Notes under the pieces: model-generated
Database searches by the model: none
Told to the model about the DNA's origin: nothing
The model's input: only the letters and a program-made list of their open reading frames with translations
Position numbers and translations under genes: made by a program
Shown here: in pieces, positions 27,792 through 38,638 of the stretch
Layout: each line of letters opens with the position of its first letter
Numbering within the stretch: the stretch's first letter is position 1
From: Spirochaetota bacterium
GTDB lineage: Bacteria > Spirochaetota > UBA4802 > JAFGDQ01
Length of the DNA stretch: 64,000 nt
Assembly (NCBI GenBank): GCA_043803405.1
Contig: JAZDKB010000053.1
Span: 21,185-85,184, forward strand
Direction of reading: 5' to 3'

Positions 27792-27959
27792 AATGCCCTC
27801 ACCCCAGGATTGCCTCACGCTAAATGGATTACGCTTCAGTACCCTCACCCGCCTGGCGCTATCGCGCCAAGCACCCTCTCCCGCGAAGCGCGGGTGAGGG
27901 TTAAGTTCCTCCCTCGCCCGCGCTTCGCGGGAGAGGGAGGTTAGGAGGGTGAGGGCATT
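27792..27959. repeat. Family B (BoxC-like) composite palindrome
   Basis: AATGCCCTCACCC ... GGGTGAGGGCATT enclosing two inverted CCCTCTCCCGCG-hairpin units. Confidence 0.85.
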
Positions 27960-28040
27960 AACAGTCACCCACATTATTATCCCGCATTCTTAAACAACTA
28001 GTCTATTGAAAATCGAATACTATTTTTAGTAAATATATTA

Positions 28041-30836
28041 TTATTGCGTTATTATTTTAGTCTTTATCCCTTCTTTAGTAAATTCTAATTTTATTTTTAT
28101 ATCTTTTGTCGAAAAAAAGCGCGTAAGGATATCGGATTTGATTTCATCGGCTTTTATGTATGGAGAAGATAAATCACCGAAGACCGAGTTCCTTACTTTA
28201 CCTGTTTTTGCGTCTATTGTATATACTCCTCCCATTGGGCATAGGGGCTTGAATCCGAAAACCTCAAGTGACTTTTGTGCTATGTCCTTCTCTCCCGGGA
28301 ACAAGGTATCCAGCAGTTTAATTGTTCCGAAATTTTTAAAGCTGCTTGACTGTGCGGATTCGAGAATGGACATTTCGTAGCTGCTTCTTTCAAGCTTCAT
28401 TTCTGCCGGACGGTACACAGCCATGATGTTTCCCTGCTCAATATTTTTATCGTATTTGCTTTTGCCGGAATCTATTATCCTTTTCATGTAATCTTCGGTT
28501 GTGGCTATTTCCAGGTTATTATTGTGAATAGCAATAAATATACGGAACGTAATTGTCTCCAGAATAGTGATCTTTAAAACATTAATATCCCTTGATTTAT
28601 ACTCATAATTATAAAAGCTGTAACTCATTTCACGGGGCATATTATCGCTAAATATTATTTTGATAAAATTCCTGATGTCATCAACATTTGCCTGCTCCTT
28701 AAACGGGATTGAGAGCCGCAGCGGATGGAAGAGCGTCCACGCGAGGAAGCCGAAAGCAACGGCATCTTCATTAATTCTGGAGCTCATGAAATGAGTCATC
28801 ATCCCGGAACTGTCGAAATCCGCGAGCGGAACAGTGTCCAGCACGTGAAGCTGTATTTCGTTTTTGAACTTATCGATGAGCAATTTATTTAATTCTGACT
28901 TTTCCTGCTGCCTGTGCGAAGTCAGTGCCTCCGGCATTGCCTCTTTCAGCAGATCCGTGTTAAGCTTAAAAAGCAGCCCCATTATCTCCCCGTCAACAGT
29001 GTTGCCTGCATGAAGGTCTATCGGTGCGCCGCCTATAATAGCAGTCACCTGTTCATATATCGAATTATTTATTAAAGGCAGAATGCAGGTCTCAACAGAG
29101 ATGCCGTCATCCAGTTTAAATCTGACACCGATCGGGTCAAAGTAATCCCGCCAGAAATTGCAGTATTCATCAGAAAATCTTTTGTAACTTTCAGCTTCTT
29201 CTTTTGAGGCATATTTTAATTCTTTGTCAATATTGGGCTTCATAAAGCCCTGGCGGCCGTACAGTTTACTGAAAGCAGTAAAACTGTTTTTGTAAAATCC
29301 AAGCCCGTCGAACATATCAGGCTTGTTCTGCTTCTTCCCTGCAAAGAAATCCAGCACGTTCGTAACACCCGCATCCTCTTCGCCTGAAGCATCCTTATAT
29401 GTATTTACCATAAGTTTGGCATATGAATTTGCTTTTTCTTTGTTATCCTTTGCCTTGGGATTTTCTTTATTTAATTTTTCAGCAAGTCTCGTTATAATAT
29501 TATACCACTGCCACTGGATCGGCTGCTTATCCTGCTTTGTCTGCGAAGTAATTTCGATCACTGTTTTATAAAGCTTGTCATTCTTAACTGCCGATACCTT
29601 TTCTTCCTGTTTCTTTGTTAAAGATGGCCTGGCTATAAGCCCGTGTATATCTTCCATTGTTTGCGGATATTTTTTATTTAGCTGATAATAAAATATAATA
29701 TACCTTTCCAGCTTTGCCACGCGCAGGGCTTCGTTCATTCTTCGGGCTTCCTTGATCCGCAGTTCCGGGCCAACGAGGCGGCGTATAAAAGAATCGGACA
29801 AGTATATAAATCCGTCTTCATTCTCCTCTGCCGGATATATTGTCCGCATGTAAATATAGTCGTCCGCTTCTGCCATAGAAGGATTTTTTTTAGCTGCTGT
29901 AAGTATAACCGCCTCGAGCGCTTTGGCGGAGTTGGAGATTACTGCGGTGTCCGGATCAGTATAAGCGAGATAGGAATTAATTCTGTTGTCTTCAGTATAA
30001 ACGCGGTTTGCCTTAATGCCTCCGATTGTTACGTCTTCGCTTCCGGCTCCGGATTCCTCACGAAAGAACTTCCTGTAATCATTGATAGTGGAATTAAAAA
30101 CAGAATCGTGCTTTAATCTGAAAATCAGCGTGACATCCGATCCTTCAATAATAAAAGGGTCTGACCCTGTTATTGCCATTTCTCTTATTACCAGGTTGTA
30201 AAATTTCCGGGCTGCCTTGTTTTCTTTTAAAGCAAGCTGGGTGAGGATTTTTTCTTTTAGCATAAAGTCAGCCGACTGCGGAGTAAAGCGCTTATGCAAA
30301 GAGCCTCCGACTTTCCCGAGATAATCGAAAAAATCGAGCGACTTGGTCATGTTGTTAAAATGGAGATAATAAAAGTTCTCGGGACAATACTTATCCAGTT
30401 CCGACAATTTGGGCTTTTTTCCTTTGTACATTTCCTTAAACGGATGAGACTTGATCTCCGGCCCTGTTAGCTTCGATATTTCGACATCCTGCGCAGTATA
30501 GCTGCTAGGCCTGATTGTCCCGGTCTGAATTGATTCGCGTATAGCCAGCCCGCCGGACAGCAGGGAATAACCGTCAACAGTGGGCCTGTTAAAGAGTGAA
30601 CGCCTGTCTGAATATCTTTGATGATATTTCTGATTCGGGGTTATGTTATGATTTTTTTTCAGGTGATCGAGTATTTCGCCGGCATATCCAAGCCGGTCTC
30701 CGCCCATCATCCCTATCTCCGCCAGTTGGTCCGCGATCTTCTGCATTTTAATGTTTGCATCTTCAGCACCGGCCATGTAGAACGGGTTAATTGCAGAAAC
30801 AGCCAGTATAAGAAATAAAACAAGAACTCTTTTCAT
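28041..30836 (-). CDS. Large exported hypothetical protein (931 aa)
   Basis: Long ORF, AAGGAG RBS, signal peptide; no family recognised. Confidence 0.8.
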   Translation of the reverse strand: MKRVLVLFLILAVSAINPFYMAGAEDANIKMQKIADQLAEIGMMGGDRLGYAGEILDHLKKNHNITPNQKYHQRYSDRRSLFNRPTVDGYSLLSGGLAIRESIQTGTIRPSSYTAQDVEISKLTGPEIKSHPFKEMYKGKKPKLSELDKYCPENFYYLHFNNMTKSLDFFDYLGKVGGSLHKRFTPQSADFMLKEKILTQLALKENKAARKFYNLVIREMAITGSDPFIIEGSDVTLIFRLKHDSVFNSTINDYRKFFREESGAGSEDVTIGGIKANRVYTEDNRINSYLAYTDPDTAVISNSAKALEAVILTAAKKNPSMAEADDYIYMRTIYPAEENEDGFIYLSDSFIRRLVGPELRIKEARRMNEALRVAKLERYIIFYYQLNKKYPQTMEDIHGLIARPSLTKKQEEKVSAVKNDKLYKTVIEITSQTKQDKQPIQWQWYNIITRLAEKLNKENPKAKDNKEKANSYAKLMVNTYKDASGEEDAGVTNVLDFFAGKKQNKPDMFDGLGFYKNSFTAFSKLYGRQGFMKPNIDKELKYASKEEAESYKRFSDEYCNFWRDYFDPIGVRFKLDDGISVETCILPLINNSIYEQVTAIIGGAPIDLHAGNTVDGEIMGLLFKLNTDLLKEAMPEALTSHRQQEKSELNKLLIDKFKNEIQLHVLDTVPLADFDSSGMMTHFMSSRINEDAVAFGFLAWTLFHPLRLSIPFKEQANVDDIRNFIKIIFSDNMPREMSYSFYNYEYKSRDINVLKITILETITFRIFIAIHNNNLEIATTEDYMKRIIDSGKSKYDKNIEQGNIMAVYRPAEMKLERSSYEMSILESAQSSSFKNFGTIKLLDTLFPGEKDIAQKSLEVFGFKPLCPMGGVYTIDAKTGKVRNSVFGDLSSPYIKADEIKSDILTRFFSTKDIKIKLEFTKEGIKTKIITQ

Positions 30837-30910
30837 GATTTTTCTCTCCTTATGCAGATATATTATACAATTATTTCTTTGGGCATTGTTGTCTCATGCT
30901 AAGGCTGAAT

Positions 30911-31822
30911 CTATTCGACTGCTAAAAACAACCTGTTAAAAATCCTGCTGATATTTTTACTGTAAATAATGCCTTCTGCCCTGCCGATTACTGAATCTGT
31001 TTTAATCACTTCGAATGAATCATCTTTGCTTCTGTTATCAAATGCTATAAAAAGCTCGTTGCTCCCAAGAGTGACCGGTTTAATAAATGGAGCATTTTTA
31101 TCTTTGCCAGGTTTGAGTTTAACCGGATATCTTCTTTTCCCGTTTACTTCAAAAAAAAGATCCTCGGAATTAGTCAGTCCCATAGCAGTTAATTCGGACT
31201 TTGAAAAAATGTTATAAGATAGTGCTCCGTCGTTTATATAAAAATAATTTTGTTTTTTACTGACCGTATCGCCGTCCCTGCCTATTATTCTTCCTTCAAT
31301 GATGCCGTTCTTTGAACTAAAAAGAATTATATTTCCGATATCGATATGCCCGGCAGCATATTTATTTACAAGGATATAGTCGTTTTTCAGAAGAGCAGGA
31401 TTCATGTTATCGGTCTCTATTTTCTCAATTGAAAAAAAAGAGGTCATTAAAAATACAGAAAGAATTACAAGAACAGAATTAACAAATGTATATAGCAGGT
31501 AAAAGGAAACAGAATTATATTTTTTAAGATTATATGCGTTTTGTCCCTTTGCCGATTGCATTGCTTCGATCGGGGAGATCAGCCAGACTAAAATATGCAG
31601 GCCTGCTGCTGTGAGGACAAATAAGACAGAGAAATCTTTCTGAATAATTAAATAAACAGGAATGAAGAGCAAGGATAAAATCCGCACTATGAAAAACACA
31701 ATGCCCCTGGACAAATCGCCGTTGTAAATCTGTCCCAGGCCAGTAAATACAAATGAAAGAGCGAATGCCAGCGTACGGTATCTCTTTAACGAACTTTCGG
31801 ATTTTATTATTTCGCTTTTCAT
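30911..31822 (-). CDS. Signal peptidase I (S26)-like membrane protein, catalytic residues apparently lost
   Basis: GLGQIYNG membrane domain; IETDNMNPALLKNDYILVNK, EGRIIG and DNRSKDDS resemble S26 boxes. Confidence 0.7.
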   Translation of the reverse strand: MKSEIIKSESSLKRYRTLAFALSFVFTGLGQIYNGDLSRGIVFFIVRILSLLFIPVYLIIQKDFSVLFVLTAAGLHILVWLISPIEAMQSAKGQNAYNLKKYNSVSFYLLYTFVNSVLVILSVFLMTSFFSIEKIETDNMNPALLKNDYILVNKYAAGHIDIGNIILFSSKNGIIEGRIIGRDGDTVSKKQNYFYINDGALSYNIFSKSELTAMGLTNSEDLFFEVNGKRRYPVKLKPGKDKNAPFIKPVTLGSNELFIAFDNRSKDDSFEVIKTDSVIGRAEGIIYSKNISRIFNRLFLAVE

Positions 31823-31836
31823 TTATAGTGTTCTTG

Positions 31837-31931
31837 TTGCCTTGTGCTAAGCGGATTACGTTTCAGTGTCCTCACCCGCCTGGCGCTATCGCGCCATGCA
31901 CCCTCTCCCGCGAAACGCGGGCGAGGGTTAA
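31837..31931. repeat. Family B repeat, direct copy of 27810-27904
   Basis: 84/95 identical by manual alignment. Confidence 0.88.
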
Positions 31932-32080
31932 AAAATTTCTATATCAGTATCTATTTCTTTGGCGGTTTCATGTTCCTTAACTTAATATATTTCTGAGTTT
32001 GTCTTCCTCAGGTGTTGAGTCATGTCTAATATCTCTGAAAAATAATTTTTTCTATTGCATATAATATGTTTTTCCTGGTT

Positions 32081-32155
32081 CCCCTCTCCCTGACTGCCGA
32101 CCCCCTGTTACGAATAATACTAAATTCAGGGAGAGGGGTTAGGGATGAGGGCATT
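32081..32155. repeat. Family B (BoxC-like) repeat
   Basis: CCCCTCTCCCTGA ... TCAGGGAGAGGGGTTAGGGATGAGGGCATT. Confidence 0.75.
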
Positions 32156-32202
32156 TAAAGTCAGCCCTTGAGTTAGGGTGATGAGGTCATCATGCCGAAC
32201 AG

Positions 32203-34238
<2,036 letters not shown>

Positions 34239-34262
34239 TCAAATAATTATTTATCTCTAATT

Positions 34263-35534
34263 TTATTCTTCTATCTTAATAAGCGTAATATCGTTTTCCA
34301 TAAAATCGAATGAATTGATTTTCTGCACAGACTGAAGCATTCCCTTCTCGGAACACCTATGTGTCATGATAATTACAGGAACGTAGGATGTGTTCTCGGC
34401 TTTCTGCTTAACAGAAGCAATGGATATATTGTTTTTAGCAAGTACGCCGGAAATTTTCGAAAGTATCCCCGGGCTGTCAAGTGTGCTGAGCCTCATATAA
34501 TATCTGTGCATCTTATCTTTCGATTCAACCAGCTTTGCCGCGACTATCGCCTTTTCTACTTTGCTGTTTGCCTTTCCTCTGAGAGCTATCTGCACAACAT
34601 CGCTCACTACTGCGGAGGCAGTAGGCAGGCTGCCTGCGCCCTTGCCGTAAAGAATTACGGGCCCGGTCATATCTCCGGAAAACATGATAGCGTTGAATTC
34701 ATTGCGCACTGAAGCAAGCAGGTGCTTTAACGAGATCATTGCCGGGCGCACGGAAATATCAAGCTTGTCGCCGATCAGCCTGCTTACGCCCAGAAGCTTA
34801 ACGGCAAAGCCCATCTCCCTTGCGTAAATAATATCATCCTTGCTTATTTTCGTAATGCCTTCAACCGGTATCGTTTTAAAGCTGATTTTCCTGCTGAACG
34901 CCATACGCGAGACAACCGCAAGCTTGTGCGCGGCGTCAAATCCTTCTATATCGAAAGTCGGATCAGCCTCGGCAAATCCCTTTTGTTGGGCATCCTTTAG
35001 CGCGTCTGCAAATGACAGCCCGTCGTCTTCCATCCTTGTTAAAATATAATTCGTGGTTCCGTTCAGTATGCCCATAACGGACTCTATGCGGTTGCCGACC
35101 ATACCGTCCCTTAAGGCCTGTATGCACGGTATGCCTCCGCCGACCGATGCTTCAAAAAAAATCCTTGATCCGGATTCATTTCCTGCTGCAAATATCGCCT
35201 CGCCTTCTTCCGCTAAAAGCTTTTTGTTGGCAGTAACGACATTTTTGCCTTTTGTAAGCGCTTCTATTACAATCGACTTCGCAGGCTCTATTCCGCCGAC
35301 AAGCTCAATAACAGTGTCAATTTCAGGATCATTGACTATATCTTTCCAGTTTTTTGTTATATTAACGTTTTTAACTTTTTTCTTTATCTCATCGGCCCTT
35401 AAATCGCAAATACTCTTAATCGCAATATCAATACCCGACCTTTCATTTATTAAGGCGCTGTTTCTATCTAAAAGAGTGTATACGCCGCTTCCGACAGTTC
35501 CGAATCCTATAAGCCCCAGTTTTATATTTGCCAT
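34263..35534 (-). CDS. hom: Homoserine dehydrogenase with ACT domain
   Basis: GFGTVG, VVTANK, EASVGGGIP, NGTTNYIL, AEADPTFDIEGFDAAHK, GAGSLPTAS. Confidence 0.95.
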   Translation of the reverse strand: MANIKLGLIGFGTVGSGVYTLLDRNSALINERSGIDIAIKSICDLRADEIKKKVKNVNITKNWKDIVNDPEIDTVIELVGGIEPAKSIVIEALTKGKNVVTANKKLLAEEGEAIFAAGNESGSRIFFEASVGGGIPCIQALRDGMVGNRIESVMGILNGTTNYILTRMEDDGLSFADALKDAQQKGFAEADPTFDIEGFDAAHKLAVVSRMAFSRKISFKTIPVEGITKISKDDIIYAREMGFAVKLLGVSRLIGDKLDISVRPAMISLKHLLASVRNEFNAIMFSGDMTGPVILYGKGAGSLPTASAVVSDVVQIALRGKANSKVEKAIVAAKLVESKDKMHRYYMRLSTLDSPGILSKISGVLAKNNISIASVKQKAENTSYVPVIIMTHRCSEKGMLQSVQKINSFDFMENDITLIKIEE

Positions 35535-35556
35535 TGCCGAATCCTCTTAAATATTT

Positions 35557-35649
35557 GACTTGTTGCAAATCAAAATTGGAGAAATCTATTTGATATTAAG
35601 AGATTTCTCGCTGCTGTGCTCTCTGAAATGACGGTTTCGCAACAAGTCT
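35557..35649. repeat. Family D repeat, degenerate copy
   Basis: GACTTGTTGCAAATC...GAGAAATCT...AGATTTCTC...GAAATGAC...GCAACAAGTC. Confidence 0.75.
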
Positions 35650-35908
35650 GTTTATTACTATAAATCATCAAAACTAATATTTTATATTATATAATAGTCA
35701 AGTTTGATTTTTAATGTAAATGGAAAAAGTATTAAGCGAATTTTACCGGGATGAAAAAATATTTAAGAATTATTTGCCGGATAAAAAACAGGATAGATAA
35801 TGTCCGATGTCAAAAGCGGTTAAAAAGTAATAAGATAATATAAACAAAAATAAATAAAAAATATTCTCTGAATATATTCTCTTTCAGCAGACCTGCTGCA
35901 TATAAAAG

Positions 35909-36196
35909 CTATGCATAATAAAACTTATCATCAGGTATAAGCGAAATCGAATCTCTTATTATGTTGCCTTTAACATTTTTGCAGTTTTTATTTAACTCTT
36001 TTGCAAGCTGGTAAAACCTGTCGAAATCAACCATTATCTTCATAGATACTTCGTTCAGCCTGTCGATATTCTCCCGGATTTCCTGCCCCAGATGGATAAT
36101 TGTAACTTCTCTTTCCCTGCATTCTTTAATGAGATCTTTATGAAGTTCTCTCTCCTCCGGACTTAATGTTGCAACAATGTCGTCAATCTTTTCCAC
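35909..36196 (-). CDS. Hypothetical protein (95 aa)
   Basis: GTG start behind AAGGG, helical composition, no overlap with other genes. Confidence 0.65.
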   Translation of the reverse strand: MEKIDDIVATLSPEERELHKDLIKECREREVTIIHLGQEIRENIDRLNEVSMKIMVDFDRFYQLAKELNKNCKNVKGNIIRDSISLIPDDKFYYA

Positions 36197-36466
36197 AATG
36201 CCAACCCTTTTAATTTTATACTCTATCTACTTATAATGTAAATTAACGATGGTCAACATTCAACTTAATTGCTAATAAAGCAAGAATTTTTTTTTATGTA
36301 AATGCGCAATTTGAATACAAGCCAGGATAGAAGAAAGTGTAGTTTCCTTTTTTGCGCTCTGAAAATTTCCTCCTTGACTAAGCCGCACTTTTTATACAAT
36401 TAAGATTAAATTATTGAAAAATTACCATTGTTTATAGCTGTTTATATAAATCATGTACCTGTACAC

Positions 36467-36542
36467 TTAGAGTGTGATTCAAAACCTGTTTTCTTATTAT
36501 CTCGCATTACGACGTAACAATAGGTCATGATATACACTCTAA
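36467..36542. repeat. Family E repeat, short copy
   Basis: TTAGAGTGTG...AACCTGTT ... AATAGGT...ACACTCTAA; 3' part resembles 10296-10332. Confidence 0.65.
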
Positions 36543-36578
36543 TTCAACCGTACCAGGCTATGGATAAACGGGATAATT

Positions 36579-37970
36579 ATGACAATACGCAAAATAATAT
36601 TCTCAACTGTTTTAATTATATGTGCAGCAATCGTCTCATGCGATAAAATAAAAAATATGAATTTCGGTTTATTTAATTCATATAAATACGAAGGCGAAAT
36701 TAAACTTTCCGATTATAAATGGCTTAAGGATAAAAAAATATTCCTCGATCCCGGCCACGGCGGGAAAGGCAAATCGGACAGATTCAGAATAGGGCATGGA
36801 GGTATAACCGAAGAAGAAGTCAACCTGAGGGTTGGGCTCATCCTGGGGGACATGCTGGAAAGGGCAGGGGCAGTTGTGCGTTTAAGCAGGGGAAAAGACA
36901 TCGATGTGTCGCAGCCCGATCGCGTGAAAGCGGCAAACGCATTTCTGCCGGACCTGCTGGTAAGCCTGCACCATGACGGCTCGCCAAGGCCGATGGATAA
37001 TGTAAATTTCCCGTCTGTGCTGATATGGGGCAATAAAAAAGTAAGGCCGTTAAGCTATGCATTCGCGGAACTTTTACTGGAAGAATTCAGCAGGATTATG
37101 GATGTAAAGGGAGCCGTTATTTCGGACTTTGCTGTATATAAAGAAACAGGCACCATGATACTTCGCGAAACGAGATATACATGCCCGGGCGTAATAGGCG
37201 AAGCGGGTTTCTTTTCGGATGAAAAACACGCGAAAAGATTAAGCGACATCCATTACAACCAGGCGGAAGCTGAAGCTTATTTTTATGCTATCGCAAGATT
37301 CTTTGAAAGAGGAATACCTAAAGCCGAAGTGCTAATATCTTCGTCTTTAAATAATGAATCTTATCTACTGAACATGATTAAGGATGCGAATCCGGTGATC
37401 GCGATTAAAACAGAGAGCGGGCTGGAACGCGCAGGCATCATCAAAGAATCAATGAAAGCGACACTGGATGATGTTCCGGTTACATGCAGGGCGGCATCGG
37501 ATGATCTTTTTTTTGTAGAATACGGGAGCAGGCTGTACCCGGGCGGGCACAGTATTAAGTTTTCTTTCAGGAATCAGCGCAATCAGAGCAGCATGATTTA
37601 CACTGCCGGTTTTACTGTTGAAATAAAGAAAGGGGATTATGCCAGGCTCGTATCCGACGGTATAAAATTTTTAAATAACAGAAGGAATTTGACAGAAGGT
37701 CTTAAAATGCTTTTATCGGCTTATTCAATGGGTATAACAGACCCGGATGCCGACAGAGTAATATTTCATATTGCCAGAGGATTTGCTTTAACAGGCAATA
37801 AAACAAACTCGAACTATTATTATGCCAAGCTGTTAAATTTTTATCCTCAGAGCAAATATGCAAAAAAACTGGAAACGCGCTTCAGGGATTACCGTTTCCC
37901 TGTCGAATATAACGGCAAATGGCTGGATATAAAATACGAGCCGTTTTTAAAAGACGAAAGCAGGAAGTAA
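36579..37970 (+). CDS. N-acetylmuramoyl-L-alanine amidase (Amidase_3), probable lipoprotein
   Basis: FLDPGHGG, EEEVNL, VSLHHD, GEAGF; IVSC lipobox-like. Confidence 0.88.
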   Translation: MTIRKIIFSTVLIICAAIVSCDKIKNMNFGLFNSYKYEGEIKLSDYKWLKDKKIFLDPGHGGKGKSDRFRIGHGGITEEEVNLRVGLILGDMLERAGAVVRLSRGKDIDVSQPDRVKAANAFLPDLLVSLHHDGSPRPMDNVNFPSVLIWGNKKVRPLSYAFAELLLEEFSRIMDVKGAVISDFAVYKETGTMILRETRYTCPGVIGEAGFFSDEKHAKRLSDIHYNQAEAEAYFYAIARFFERGIPKAEVLISSSLNNESYLLNMIKDANPVIAIKTESGLERAGIIKESMKATLDDVPVTCRAASDDLFFVEYGSRLYPGGHSIKFSFRNQRNQSSMIYTAGFTVEIKKGDYARLVSDGIKFLNNRRNLTEGLKMLLSAYSMGITDPDADRVIFHIARGFALTGNKTNSNYYYAKLLNFYPQSKYAKKLETRFRDYRFPVEYNGKWLDIKYEPFLKDESRK

Positions 37971-38060
37971 ATATTTTCCTTAAAGAATATTTGACAAAAA
38001 CAATAACAGCAGTGATGATATAAACATAAAGGCAGAATAAACATTCAGAGGAGAACAAGT

Positions 38061-38540
38061 ATGAATAAAGCAGTCCTGGCTTTATCCTTTATTATTTTTT
38101 TAAGCTCATGCGGCAGCCTTACCTATGTTAAAAATATATTAAAGACAAAATTAAGCATTCAGCAGATAGTCGAAATTAAAGATGACATGGATAAAAAGGA
38201 TAATCCCGCATATGCGTTTGAAAAAACTCAGAAACTCCGGAACACGCGCGTATATATCAATGACGTAAAAGTAAAGGATATTGTATCTTCCACAAATGTC
38301 GATTATAAATTCTGTGTTATAGTTACGGTATCCACTACAAAAGGAGACATAGACTGCTATATATATTCCGGGACCGACGATATATTTCCGGAAGAAGACG
38401 TTAAAACAATTTCAAAGCTGAAAAAGGGAGTTAGTATAATTGATATAGAGGGTGATTTCAGCAAATTTTTTACTTTGCTGGATGAAACATTCACTAAGAT
38501 AGAAATTATTAATGCCAATATTGATATTAAAAAAAATTGA
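38061..38540 (+). CDS. Hypothetical lipoprotein
   Basis: LSSC lipobox; GAGGAG RBS. Confidence 0.7.
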   Translation: MNKAVLALSFIIFLSSCGSLTYVKNILKTKLSIQQIVEIKDDMDKKDNPAYAFEKTQKLRNTRVYINDVKVKDIVSSTNVDYKFCVIVTVSTTKGDIDCYIYSGTDDIFPEEDVKTISKLKKGVSIIDIEGDFSKFFTLLDETFTKIEIINANIDIKKN

Positions 38541-38638
38541 GTATTTTAAAAGTTATTTGTTTAATTGATATTCCGGATCAGCGGAGTATTTTTAGATACT
38601 GATTTGAAAAACATGCCGGGTATAATAGGGAATCTTTT

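Noticed and set aside
27768..27974. Short ORFs over repeat elements (also 8996-9346, 31753-31980, 56186-56431)
   Set aside because: They are translations of GC-rich palindromic repeats without RBS or protein features.
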